NCBI GenBank assembly: GCA_002787405.1
Contig: PCWQ01000007.1
Location: forward strand, 102,250 to 166,249
DNA: 64,000 bases
Source: Candidatus Komeilibacteria bacterium CG11_big_fil_rev_8_21_14_0_20_36_20
GTDB taxonomy: Bacteria > Patescibacteriota > Patescibacteriia > UBA1558 > GWA2-36-10
Direction: 5' to 3'
A program made the position numbers and the translations under genes. Shown here one piece after another: positions 38,920 to 48,726 of the stretch; the stretch's first letter is position 1; every line of letters starts with the position of its first letter. The notes under the pieces were generated by a model. It was not told the DNA's origin. It saw only the letters and a list, made by a program, of their open reading frames with translations, and did not search any database.

Positions 38920-40239
38920 TTATTTTTTTAATTTAATACTCTTAGCCTCATAACTATCTAATCTCTTTCTGATCTCATTCTTTACTTTCTTAATGTCTAT
39001 AATCTCCTGCACACCACTTTCCATGTCTCTAATTAAAATAGTGCTGTCTGATATTTCTTTCTGACCAATAATCAAAGTGTACTTCACACCCTTCTTGTTA
39101 GCTAATTCCAATTGATCTTTTAATCCTTTTTTTGACATATTACTTGCCACTTGAAAACCAGTTGCTCTCAACTCCTCCACTAGATTTAAAGCTTTCTTAC
39201 GAGCTTCAATACCTAATTGGGCAATATAAATATCTCTGCTGTTCGGTTTATCAACTTTTATTTTTAGTTCTTGCATTTTAGCTATAACGCGATCTATACC
39301 CATCGCAAAACCAACCGCCGGCGTAGGACGTCCACCGATTAAAGATATTAAATCGTCATAACGACCTCCGCCACCCAAAGCCTGTAGTTTTCCTTCTTGG
39401 CCGATTTCCATAATCTCCCAAGTAGTTTTAGTATAATAATCTAACCCTCTCACTATTTTAGGATTAAGTGTGTATTTTATATCCAACTCGTCAAGATACT
39501 CCAAAACCAACATAAAGTGGTTCTTACATTCGTCACATAGATGATCAATAATCTGCGGCGCTTCAGCGGCTAAATTTTCACATTTCTTATTCTTACAATC
39601 TAAAAGCCGCAGGGTATTTTTATTTAAACGATCTTTGCAATCAGCACACAAATCTTTCCGATGACCCTGATAATATTGCTTCAATACTTTTAAGTAGTGA
39701 CTGCGACATTCGCTATCGCCGATACTATTAACATGTATCTCTATATCCAGTCCAATCTCTTTTAAAAGATGATAAGATATGGAAATTAGTTCAGCATCAA
39801 TCACCGGATCGCTATCACCGATAGCTTCAAAGCCAAATTGCCAAAACTGTCGATAACGACCAGCTTGCGGCTTGTCATGACGAAATTGTGGTCCTAGATA
39901 ATATAACTTGACCGGCTGTGGCAAGTTTAACATACCGTGTTCAATATAACTCCTAGCCACACTGGCGGTAGTCTCGGGACGCAAAGAAAGCTTATCTCCC
40001 CCTAAAGTGACGAAAGAATACATTTCCTTACTAACAATATCTGTATTTTCTCCTACTGTTCTCTTAAATAAATTAGTAAACTCCAAAATCGGTGTATCAA
40101 TTCTCTCGAAACCGTAATTTTGACCAAAATTCTTCACTTTATCTCTAACTAAATCCCAACTAGGTTGTTCGCCTGGTAAAATATCTCGCATACCTTTAAC
40201 TGATTGCACTTTTATTTGCTTACTTTGTTTTTTGGCCAT
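38920..40239 (-). CDS. hisS: Histidyl-tRNA synthetase
   Basis: Class II motifs including GGGGRYDDL, plus a C-terminal anticodon-binding domain. Confidence 0.9.
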   Translation of the reverse strand: MAKKQSKQIKVQSVKGMRDILPGEQPSWDLVRDKVKNFGQNYGFERIDTPILEFTNLFKRTVGENTDIVSKEMYSFVTLGGDKLSLRPETTASVARSYIEHGMLNLPQPVKLYYLGPQFRHDKPQAGRYRQFWQFGFEAIGDSDPVIDAELISISYHLLKEIGLDIEIHVNSIGDSECRSHYLKVLKQYYQGHRKDLCADCKDRLNKNTLRLLDCKNKKCENLAAEAPQIIDHLCDECKNHFMLVLEYLDELDIKYTLNPKIVRGLDYYTKTTWEIMEIGQEGKLQALGGGGRYDDLISLIGGRPTPAVGFAMGIDRVIAKMQELKIKVDKPNSRDIYIAQLGIEARKKALNLVEELRATGFQVASNMSKKGLKDQLELANKKGVKYTLIIGQKEISDSTILIRDMESGVQEIIDIKKVKNEIRKRLDSYEAKSIKLKK

Positions 40240-40244
40240 AATTT

Positions 40245-40961
40245 TTAATTATTTGTATAAACGGGCATATTAAAACTATTGATCCGATCAAGAGGCCAAC
40301 CACGCAGCCAGACTTTACCAATAATATACCCTCGGCCAACCGGACCAATCTCCCTTGAATCTTTGCTGTTAGCCCGATTATCCCCCATCAAAAAATACTC
40401 TGTCGAACCTAAAGTGACCAGAGAATAATCATCTGCTAAAAAATTTTCCACATAGGCCTCGGACAATTCTTGACCATTAACAAAAACTAAACCATCCTGT
40501 ATCTCCACTGTTTCTCCTGGTAAACCAATCACTCTCTTGATAAAATACACCTTGGGATTTTTAGGATATTTAAAAATAACTACCTCTCCCCTTTGCGGCT
40601 CGTTAAAATGATAAGATATTTCATTGATAATCAAATAATCCTTCTCATAAAAATTTGGCTCCATGGAAGCGCCTTCTACATAAAATGGTTGCACTAAAAA
40701 TAATCTGACCGGCATGATAATTGCCAGAGAAATCAAAACTACTTTGACTACCTCAAAAACCAAGAGGCCGAACTTTTTAGCCCAAATACTAACTAATCCT
40801 TCGTCCTTTTCTGAAAAATTACTTAAGTCAAAATCTTCATCTTTTAAAAAATTCTCTTCGGACTGACTGACCTCTTCCTTATTTTTGAAATTTTCTCTCA
40901 TATTGTTAGTTAAAATTAAAATATTATTGTTCATTATACACAATCTTTCTATAAAAATCAA
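40245..40961 (-). CDS. lepB: Signal peptidase I
   Basis: The S26 motifs GASMEPNF (Ser box) and GDNRANSKDSR are present. Confidence 0.85.
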   Translation of the reverse strand: MIFIERLCIMNNNILILTNNMRENFKNKEEVSQSEENFLKDEDFDLSNFSEKDEGLVSIWAKKFGLLVFEVVKVVLISLAIIMPVRLFLVQPFYVEGASMEPNFYEKDYLIINEISYHFNEPQRGEVVIFKYPKNPKVYFIKRVIGLPGETVEIQDGLVFVNGQELSEAYVENFLADDYSLVTLGSTEYFLMGDNRANSKDSREIGPVGRGYIIGKVWLRGWPLDRINSFNMPVYTNN

Positions 40962-41064
40962 ATGAAAAATGGGCTAAAAGGATCTTGTTTTTATGTTGAC
41001 TTATACAAGTTTTATTAGTATAATTCATTTACTTTATTTAAACAAATAGACCGCTCTGACTTTA

Positions 41065-42636
41065 ATGAGTTTGGATTTTAAAAAACGGAAAATTAACCTT
41101 TTGGAAGATAAATTAGAGGAATCTTCTTCCTATCAACTGCCTAGGTCATACCATTTCCTTAAGCAAAAACCATCAGGAAAAAATCCTGCCAAACCAACTG
41201 GTTTAAGCAGAAGAAAAAAATTTTCCTGCTTTTTTATATTACTAATCGTCATTCTATCAATTGTCGGATCCATTGTCTCGGCAAACAATGAAAACTTTTT
41301 GGCTGGCGTAAAAAACAGTTACCTCATCAGACAAATCACCCATATTGTTTCCAGTTCAGAAAAATATCTAAAAGGAGAAAAAGAAGACCGCATCAACTTT
41401 GTCTTATTGGGTATGGGCGGACCAGGACATAATGGACCCTACTTAACCGACACAATTATTATTGTTAGCTTTAAACCATCCACTAAAGAAGCCGGTTTAA
41501 TCTCCCTCCCCCGAGACATGATTGTCCCTCTTCATAATAATGACTATCGTAAAATTAATTCAATCTATACCATTGGCCAGCAAAGTCCCGACACTACCGG
41601 CGGAGAACTACTCAAAGAAGTAGTTAGCAAAACTCTGAATATGCCCATTCATTATTTTGCCGCCGTGGATTTTAACGGCTTTGTAGAAATCATCGACGCT
41701 ATTGGCGGCGTGGAAGTAACTGTTGACAGAAGTTTTACTGATAACCTGTTTCCGACCGCCGACTATAAATATCAAGAAGTTTCCTTCCAGGCCGGTGAAC
41801 AAGAAATGGATGGTCTGACAGCGCTGCGTTTTGCTCGCTCTCGACACGGCAATAACGGAGAAGGATCTGATTTTGCTCGCATTAAAAGACAACAAAAAAT
41901 TATTCTAGCGGCCAAAGACAAAATAACTTCCTTTAACACTTTAATTAACCCCCGAAAGATTATCAGTCTTTTTTCCTTAATTAATAAATATACCGCTACT
42001 GATTTGGAACCATGGGAAGCTGTTAAGTTGATTCATCTGGCCAAAAGTTTGGATACCCAGAATATTGCCGCTTACTCTATTGATGACCGCCCAGGTGGTT
42101 ATTTGAAAGCTGGTATCGCTCTGGATGGAGCTTATATCCTCCAACCGGTTACTGGAAATTTTGAACAAATTCAACTATTAACCCACAATATTCTGGACTT
42201 CAATGAAGTGGAATCTGAAAACGCCAAAATTGTTATGCAAAACGGTACCGATATTCCAGGTTTAGCTTTGCAAGCAGTCAATCATCTCACCCAAATGAAT
42301 TACAATGTCCTACGCTACGGCAATGCCCCTTCGCAAGAAAAATTAACCACAGTTATTTATAACTATAACGATGATAAACCCAGAACTAAAGAATCACTAG
42401 AAGGTATTTTCCAAGTTAAGGCCGAAAAAAACATACCTTGGGAATATTCAAATACCACTATTACTCAAAATTGGAATATCACCGATGAAAATGGCCAGTT
42501 AGAACAACTTGATTTCCTTATTATCTTAGGGGCTGACCAAAAAATAGATGAAGGAATTGAAATTGTTACCACTATTGATCCTGAATTATTAAATACCACC
42601 ACTCCTTCAAGCACCGACGAAATCATTGAAGAATAA
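41065..42636 (+). CDS. LytR-CpsA-Psr (LCP) family cell-envelope phosphotransferase
   Basis: N-terminal TM, then the LCP core INFVLLGMGG...ISLPRDM, plus a LytR_C-like C-terminus. Confidence 0.85.
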   Translation: MSLDFKKRKINLLEDKLEESSSYQLPRSYHFLKQKPSGKNPAKPTGLSRRKKFSCFFILLIVILSIVGSIVSANNENFLAGVKNSYLIRQITHIVSSSEKYLKGEKEDRINFVLLGMGGPGHNGPYLTDTIIIVSFKPSTKEAGLISLPRDMIVPLHNNDYRKINSIYTIGQQSPDTTGGELLKEVVSKTLNMPIHYFAAVDFNGFVEIIDAIGGVEVTVDRSFTDNLFPTADYKYQEVSFQAGEQEMDGLTALRFARSRHGNNGEGSDFARIKRQQKIILAAKDKITSFNTLINPRKIISLFSLINKYTATDLEPWEAVKLIHLAKSLDTQNIAAYSIDDRPGGYLKAGIALDGAYILQPVTGNFEQIQLLTHNILDFNEVESENAKIVMQNGTDIPGLALQAVNHLTQMNYNVLRYGNAPSQEKLTTVIYNYNDDKPRTKESLEGIFQVKAEKNIPWEYSNTTITQNWNITDENGQLEQLDFLIILGADQKIDEGIEIVTTIDPELLNTTTPSSTDEIIEE

Positions 42637-42642
42637 TAATAT

Positions 42643-44001
42643 ATGGCTAATCTACACAAAGTAGCTATTATTGGACGAGTTAATGTTGGTAAATCAAGTT
42701 TATTCAATACTTTGATTGCCGACCGAAAAGCTATTATCTCTTCAATAGCCGGCACAACCAGAGATAGAAACTACGCCATCTGTTCATGGCAGGGTTTGGA
42801 TTTTCAACTAATAGATACTGGTGGGCTGGAAGATAACCCTCTAGAAGGAATTCCTTACGAAATTAATCAACAAATACAAGCGGCTATTAAAGAAGCTGAT
42901 TTGATTTTATTTGTTGTTGATGCCAAAAACGGCATTATGCCTACTGATAAAGAATTCAGTCAACGGTTTAAAAAACTAAAAAAACCGACTATTCTAGCCG
43001 TCAACAAAGTTGATAATAATAAATTAAGACAAGGACTGCCAGAATTTTATCGCCTTAATTTAGGAGAACCTTGGCCAATTTCCGCTCATAGTGGTATGGG
43101 CACTGGAGATATATTAGATGAGGTGGTTTCAGTTTTGAAAAAATTAAAAAAGCCAAAACAAAAAAAGGCTCCCGCTGAAGAAAAAGTAATTAAAGTAGCA
43201 ATTATCGGCAAACCGAATGTCGGTAAATCGTCTCTGGTCAACGCGCTGATAGGAGAAAAAAGATTGATCGTTTCTGATCAGCCCCACACTACCAGAGATG
43301 CCCAAGATGTCACCATCACTGTCGACAAACAAAAAATTGTTCTTGTTGATACAGCTGGCTGGCGCCGACAGGGAAAACAGACCATTGATGCTTTTGAAAA
43401 ACAAAGTATTACCCAAAGTTTAGCAAATATCAAAAGATCCGACATTGCCATTTTAGTGACTGATGCTTCCCAACGACTAAGTTGGCAAGACAAACATTTG
43501 ATTGATGAAGCTAACCAAGCCGGAGTAGGCATCATCATTCTAGCTAATAAATGGGACCTGATACCAAATAAGACAATTACTACTGCTGAAGAATTTACTA
43601 AATATTATCGCAAATTTTTCCCTTTTGTTGCTTGGGTACCTTTACTATTTACTTCAGCCACAGAAAAACTACGCCTCAAAAAAATCTTATCCCTAGTGCT
43701 TGAAATTTATCAGGAAAAGAATAAAATGATAAATAGCAATGCTTTGGATAAACTCCTTAAAGCTATTGTTAAAAAACATAAACCCTCCCGCGGCAAAGGC
43801 ACTAAACATCCTTATCTTTATAGTCTAAAACAAACTTCAACTAACCCCCCGACTTTTGCAATAAAAATGAATTTTAAAGCAGACCTCCATGATTCCTACT
43901 TAAGATTTATTGAAAATAATTTAAGATATAAATTCGGCTTTACAGGTGTTCCTCTGAAAATTATTGTTCAAAAAAGTCAGAATGTGCAAGATAAGAAATA
44001 A
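42643..44001 (+). CDS. der: Ribosome-biogenesis GTPase Der (EngA)
   Basis: Two tandem GTPase domains (GRVNVGKSS; GKPNVGKSS) and a KH-like C-terminus. Confidence 0.9.
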   Translation: MANLHKVAIIGRVNVGKSSLFNTLIADRKAIISSIAGTTRDRNYAICSWQGLDFQLIDTGGLEDNPLEGIPYEINQQIQAAIKEADLILFVVDAKNGIMPTDKEFSQRFKKLKKPTILAVNKVDNNKLRQGLPEFYRLNLGEPWPISAHSGMGTGDILDEVVSVLKKLKKPKQKKAPAEEKVIKVAIIGKPNVGKSSLVNALIGEKRLIVSDQPHTTRDAQDVTITVDKQKIVLVDTAGWRRQGKQTIDAFEKQSITQSLANIKRSDIAILVTDASQRLSWQDKHLIDEANQAGVGIIILANKWDLIPNKTITTAEEFTKYYRKFFPFVAWVPLLFTSATEKLRLKKILSLVLEIYQEKNKMINSNALDKLLKAIVKKHKPSRGKGTKHPYLYSLKQTSTNPPTFAIKMNFKADLHDSYLRFIENNLRYKFGFTGVPLKIIVQKSQNVQDKK

Positions 44002-44089
44002 AATATGCATCCCGTTAGAAATTTACACTTTCTAGCGAGGATATAAAATAACATTTTATCTAATTAATTTTACTGTAATTTCTAAAGGG

Positions 44090-44644
44090 ATGAAACTAAT
44101 AATTGGATTAGGCAACCCAGACAAAGAATATATTCACACTCGCCACAACTTCGGCTGGCTGGTTCTTGATTCTCTAGCTGAAAAAAAAGAGTTGGTCTGG
44201 AAAAAACAAAAAAACAGCCAAAGTCTAATGGCTGAATTTAAACTCGAAAAAGAAAAAGCACTGTTAGTCAAACCACTAACCTTTATGAATAAATCCGGCC
44301 TAACTGTCAAATATCTTAAACAATTTTATAAAGTGACTCGTCACAAATTAGTTATTATTCACGATGATCTTGATCTGCCTTTTGGCCTGCTGCGACTTTC
44401 CCGCAACAAATCAGCCGGCGGACATAAAGGTATAGAATCAATCATTCAGGAAATAAAAACAAAAGATTTTGTCAGAATTCGTCTAGGTATTGGCCCGCAA
44501 AAAGGTAGCGCCGAAGACTTTGTCTTAAAAAAATTCACCGCCGAGGAAAAAGAAAAACTGCCAGAAATAATTGACAGTAGTCATCTAATTTTAGAAACTC
44601 TACTAGATCAAGGTTTTACTTTTACGGCTAATAAATATAACTAG
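44090..44644 (+). CDS. pth: Peptidyl-tRNA hydrolase
   Basis: MKLIIGLGNPDKEYIHTRHNFGW matches Pth. Confidence 0.9.
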   Translation: MKLIIGLGNPDKEYIHTRHNFGWLVLDSLAEKKELVWKKQKNSQSLMAEFKLEKEKALLVKPLTFMNKSGLTVKYLKQFYKVTRHKLVIIHDDLDLPFGLLRLSRNKSAGGHKGIESIIQEIKTKDFVRIRLGIGPQKGSAEDFVLKKFTAEEKEKLPEIIDSSHLILETLLDQGFTFTANKYN

Positions 44645-44716
44645 ATTGACAAAACTACGTCGCCCTGTTAATATTGAAAATTAAATTAAAGCGTTCTTAA
44701 ATATAAGGAGTTAATA

Positions 44717-44965
44717 ATGACCAAAATAACCAAGTTTGATAAATTTTATATCAAATTAGCCATCACTGTCGGCACTGCCTTTGGCCTCCTATCTTTCCCT
44801 CCTTTCTTTTTAGGCTGGGCATTTGGGTTAGCTATCTGCTCTCAAATAATGGTCCTCTCGCTAGGTTTAAATTTCCTGGCAGCCCTTGGTCTTTATCTAT
44901 TTTTGAGCATGGTCATAATACCGATGACTTTTTTCAAAATGGCAGAAAAGCTGTGCCTTCGCTGA
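44717..44965 (+). CDS. Small membrane hypothetical protein
   Basis: 82 aa with 2 TM helices; an AAGGAG RBS lies upstream. Confidence 0.45.
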   Translation: MTKITKFDKFYIKLAITVGTAFGLLSFPPFFLGWAFGLAICSQIMVLSLGLNFLAALGLYLFLSMVIIPMTFFKMAEKLCLR

Positions 44966-44981
44966 TAAAAACCAAACTTAA

Positions 44982-45012
44982 AACACCCCGAAATTCCACT
45001 CGGGGTGTTTTT
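44982..45012. terminator. Bidirectional intrinsic terminator between convergent genes
   Basis: Stem AACACCCCG/CGGGGTGTT with an A-run on the 5' side and a T-run on the 3' side. Confidence 0.75.
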
Positions 45013-45029
45013 CTGTAATTTTCAAAAAT

Positions 45030-45452
45030 TTATTTAGCTTTATAAATGGCAGCTGTCAAAGCTCCGCTGATTAAACTTAAGACTAATGATTGACCCAACC
45101 AGTAAAAAACAACAGTGGTGGCAATAGTCATATAAAAAGGCATGGTAGCTAAACCAGGTAAAGCGCCAACCAACCAAATGAAAAAACCATAGGACAAGCC
45201 CTGGTTAATGCCCTTGCCCGGAATACCACGTTGAATAATGACAAAAACAATCACAAACAAAAACGAAGTAATAAGCGTGATCACATTGGAAGCAAACAAA
45301 TTAGCGGCACTAGACATAACATCCGGACTCAACCAAATCATCGGCGGCAAGGTATAAACCCAATTAAAAAGCCAACCGCAGGTCAGCCAAGTAAACAAAG
45401 CACCGACAATCCAAACCACAATACTGGTGCTAATAACTCTTGAAGTGTTCAT
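45030..45452 (-). CDS. Polytopic membrane hypothetical protein
   Basis: 140 aa with 4 predicted TM helices. Confidence 0.5.
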   Translation of the reverse strand: MNTSRVISTSIVVWIVGALFTWLTCGWLFNWVYTLPPMIWLSPDVMSSAANLFASNVITLITSFLFVIVFVIIQRGIPGKGINQGLSYGFFIWLVGALPGLATMPFYMTIATTVVFYWLGQSLVLSLISGALTAAIYKAK

Positions 45453-45609
45453 AAATTATTAATTTTAATTAATTAATATATATTAAATTTTTATCAACCC
45501 TTCTAATTTTTATTTCCCAGCCAACCAGCTAAATTAAATTCTGCTTTAATTATATTAAATTTTTGCTAAATAGACAATAACACCCCGCAAAAATATAAAA
45601 TTAACCACC

Positions 45610-45641
45610 TAAAAGACCGCTGCTAAATTTAACAGCGGTCT
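45610..45641 (-). terminator. Intrinsic terminator of the HD-domain gene
   Basis: Stem AGACCGCTG/CAGCGGTCT followed by a U-tract on the minus strand. Confidence 0.55.
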
Positions 45642-45659
45642 TCTTAAAAACAACAATAC

Positions 45660-46520
45660 TTAACTCTTGATGACTTTGAAATCAGACAGCAAAATCTTTC
45701 TGATCTGATCCGGATTTATCTCACGCCCATCGATATCTTTTTCTTTTTTTGCCAGACCCAAGATATAATCCAAGGCCGCTGTCTTGCCTTGAGCCCAGCG
45801 TCCATATTCATCTGCAGTTTCTCGGTAGAAAAAATTTTCCGACTTAAGTAAAAAAATCAACATCATCCAACCAATGGCATCGCGGCTGACATGATTATCT
45901 TTAAATTCAAAGCGATCGACCAAATCCAAAGATGGATTAAAAAATGGCGTCTTGAATCTTAAACCAGTCTGATAATACCGCTCGACTTCGTCTTTGGGTG
46001 GTAAAGATGTTTTATCAGCTAACCGGAAAATTTCCGCCAAAGGATTTCTAAGAACTCGAGGCAGTAATTGATCGCCGACCACCGGGAAAAAATAATCATG
46101 CTCTATGATAATATTATACAGCCACCTAACGAAAATAGGATCAGCTATATTACTCAACATTCCGGTCAAATTAGCGCTGGCTTCCTCATGTTCTTTGGCT
46201 CCCTTGCCAAAAAATCGGGAAAGATCATGAAGAATACAAGCCCACTCAATCAAAGCAGCGGCCACTTTTTTAGCTTTACTGTCAGAGCTCTCATCAATTC
46301 TATGTAAGGCAAAATCCACCACTGTCGGACAATGAAAAACTACTTCCTTACATCTCTCATAGACAGCTAGGGAATGCTTAAACCCGTGGTCGCTATTATT
46401 GAAAAAATCATCCAGGCCTTTTTCGATTAAATCTGTTCCGTAAGGCAAGGAAGCTGACTGCAATAAAGATAACAAATATGCCTTGTTAACCTCATTGATA
46501 GTGATTTCTGGTATCTGCAA
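45660..46520 (-). CDS. HD-domain phosphohydrolase-like protein
   Basis: The H...HD pattern (GFKHSLAV...ACILHDLSRF) is present. Confidence 0.6.
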   Translation of the reverse strand: MQIPEITINEVNKAYLLSLLQSASLPYGTDLIEKGLDDFFNNSDHGFKHSLAVYERCKEVVFHCPTVVDFALHRIDESSDSKAKKVAAALIEWACILHDLSRFFGKGAKEHEEASANLTGMLSNIADPIFVRWLYNIIIEHDYFFPVVGDQLLPRVLRNPLAEIFRLADKTSLPPKDEVERYYQTGLRFKTPFFNPSLDLVDRFEFKDNHVSRDAIGWMMLIFLLKSENFFYRETADEYGRWAQGKTAALDYILGLAKKEKDIDGREINPDQIRKILLSDFKVIKS

Positions 46521-46630
46521 TGTACTTCTCCTTTTGCTAAAATGTACTTTATTTCTGGCTAGCTTAATAAAAAATCATCATTCTGTCAATGATGATTTTA
46601 AGTAAAATCAAAACTACTTAAATTTTCTCC

Positions 46631-46858
46631 TAACTCTTACTTAACTTCACTTTCACAAAATCATAAATAGCGGACAGAGTAAAAATAATCTGCAAAACAA
46701 TAAAAATCCAATCACCAATATAAAGACTATAAATCTCCAGACAAATACCGCCAAAAATGTAATAAAGATCTTGACTTTCTCTCTTTTTAGTGAGAATGCC
46801 AAAGGAAATTAAAATAATTCCTAAAGCGCCAATCGGTTTACCACCAGTCCTTAAGGTT
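46631..46858 (-). pseudogene. Start-less ~75-codon ORF resembling a lipid-A-disaccharide-synthase N-terminal (LAB_N)-like small membrane protein
   Basis: The open frame LITLRTGGKPIGALGIILISFG...YYIFGGICLEIYSLYIGDWIFIVLQIIFTLSAIYDF matches the LAB_N pattern (G..L.IY....D..FI..Q). There is no in-frame ATG/GTG/TTG. An intrinsic terminator (46575-46603) follows on the minus strand. Confidence 0.25.
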
Positions 46859-46927
46859 ATTAACGTCTACCCTGCACAATAACCGCGAAAATTCGCGGTT
46901 ATTTATTTTTCATAATTTACCAAAAAT

Positions 46928-47464
46928 CTATAAATCATAATATTCTTTTATCATTCGGGCAACTTCTTGAGCGGAGATATTGGTATTGTCAATTGACAAA
47001 TGACTAGGGTGGTCAATGCCGCGGTATAATTCTTTATCTTTTAAAAACTGCTGCAATTTGCCAGAATCTTGCAGTTTACCAAACTTTTTTCTGGATTTTT
47101 CAACTACTCTTTTTTCTAATTCAAACTGATCGCAAACTATCTGGGCAAAATTAATTTCACCGCCATAATTGTCCACCAAATCAATCAATTTTTTTATAAA
47201 CTCCTGATCATCAGGATAAATATAACAGCTGGTAACAATCACTCCGGCGATGCCTTCAGCTGCTGCTTTAGATAACATTAACAAATTAACTTCACCGATT
47301 TGGGAATAAAAAATATGACTGTGTTTTTCACGGTCAAAAATGGACTCCACTAAGTCACCGGCCAGATGGTTGTGATATAATCTAAAATTGGTTAAATTGG
47401 CCAGCTCTCTAGCAATGGTCAGCTTTCCGGCTGCCGGCGGACCATAAATAAAAATGAGTTGCAT
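46928..47464 (-). CDS. P-loop kinase-like protein (AAA_33 / small-molecule kinase fold)
   Basis: A Walker A motif, IFIYGPPAAGKLT, sits at the N-terminus. Confidence 0.55.
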   Translation of the reverse strand: MQLIFIYGPPAAGKLTIARELANLTNFRLYHNHLAGDLVESIFDREKHSHIFYSQIGEVNLLMLSKAAAEGIAGVIVTSCYIYPDDQEFIKKLIDLVDNYGGEINFAQIVCDQFELEKRVVEKSRKKFGKLQDSGKLQQFLKDKELYRGIDHPSHLSIDNTNISAQEVARMIKEYYDL

Positions 47465-47622
47465 CCTACTAGACTTATTAAAAATTAACTAAATAAAATT
47501 TTATATGATCTTACCATTATTGTGGCAAGTAAGCAATAGCTAAATTGAAATGATAAACAAAAGATATTTAATGAAAAAACCTACCTGATTGTGATAAAAT
47601 AAATTTTAAAAAATTATTATTA

Positions 47623-48052
47623 CTACCCTAATGTAATTATCATTACCCCGATTATGGTGATAAATATACCTAGACCTTGGATGAAACTAATTTTCTCTCT
47701 TAGAAATATAAGCGCCAATAAGATTGCAAAAACAATGCTTAATCTATCAACTGTAGTAACTTGGTAAACAGTCCCTTTTTTTAAAGCTAAAAAATAAAAA
47801 AGCCAAGAAATTGCTCCGGCCACACCACTTAACACAATAAATAATAGCGCCTTGTGATTGGTAAAAATAGTATGGATTTGACTTAATTTTCCCTGAAAGG
47901 CAATAACTGCTACAAGAAAAATGGTCATGATGATCGCCCTGATCGTTGTAGCTGTATTTGTGTCAATATTTTTAACCCTATTTTTCCAAAAATAGCCACC
48001 ATTGCCACAAAGATAGCAGATAATAAGTCATAGATTAACCAAGTGTAAGGCA
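47623..48052 (-). pseudogene. EamA/DMT-family small transporter gene disrupted by a -1 frameshift in a homopolymer
   Basis: ORF A (48052-47927, MPYTWLIYDLLSAIFVAMVAIFGKIGLK...) ends with ATGA overlapping ORF B (47928-47623). Shifting one base at the TTAAAAAT run (+ strand T5 at 47969-47973) gives a continuous EamA sequence: GKIGLKNIDTNTATTIRAIIMTIFLVAVIAF... Confidence 0.6.
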
Positions 48053-48142
48053 TAATTTTTATCTGATGAATAATTAATTTATCTATTTATCTTTTGATAA
48101 AAGACGTGTTTATCTGAACTAATAATTAAATAAAATTATTAT

Positions 48143-48700
48143 TTACAAAATAATAATACTTGTTACAATTCCATAAATCACCACACTAAGCATGTCCTGG
48201 ATCACTGTGGCCACCGGACCTGTCCCAGCAGCGGGATCTTTGTGCGCTGATTGGAATGTGTACGCCACTAACAGAACAACTAATGGCGCAATGGTTATAG
48301 TCAAAAAAGAAGCAACTGAGACACTGAGAGCCAACAGCTTGTCACCCAACCATAAAAAAGAAATGCCTCCTGAAAAAACACAGAAGATAAACCCAAAGAT
48401 TAATCCTAACATCAATTCTTTGCGGAAATAATTACTAAATTTCGCTTTGCCAGTTCTTAAATCACGTGAATAGATTGCTTCCGTCTGTGTCCCAATAGCA
48501 TCAGCAATATAGACAATAAAGGGCAGAAAAAAAGCAACCTGCACATTATGGGCGAGGACTTCTTCAAAGTTGGAGGTGATAAAAGAAATTCCAATGCCTA
48601 AAATTAAACCAATAATTAAAGCCGGAGCGCGTAGTTTAAACAATGTTTTGATAGACTCATAATCATCATCGGCATACAGAATTACTCTTTTATTGTTCAT
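48143..48700 (-). CDS. MgtE-type divalent cation transporter, transmembrane domain only
   Basis: PFIVYIADAIGTQTEAIYSR and DPAAGTGPVATVIQDMLSVVIY match the MgtE TM-domain motifs. There is no N-terminal CBS/MgtE_N region. Confidence 0.7.
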   Translation of the reverse strand: MNNKRVILYADDDYESIKTLFKLRAPALIIGLILGIGISFITSNFEEVLAHNVQVAFFLPFIVYIADAIGTQTEAIYSRDLRTGKAKFSNYFRKELMLGLIFGFIFCVFSGGISFLWLGDKLLALSVSVASFLTITIAPLVVLLVAYTFQSAHKDPAAGTGPVATVIQDMLSVVIYGIVTSIIIL

Positions 48701-48726
48701 ATTTATTATAAAAAATTTTCACTATG

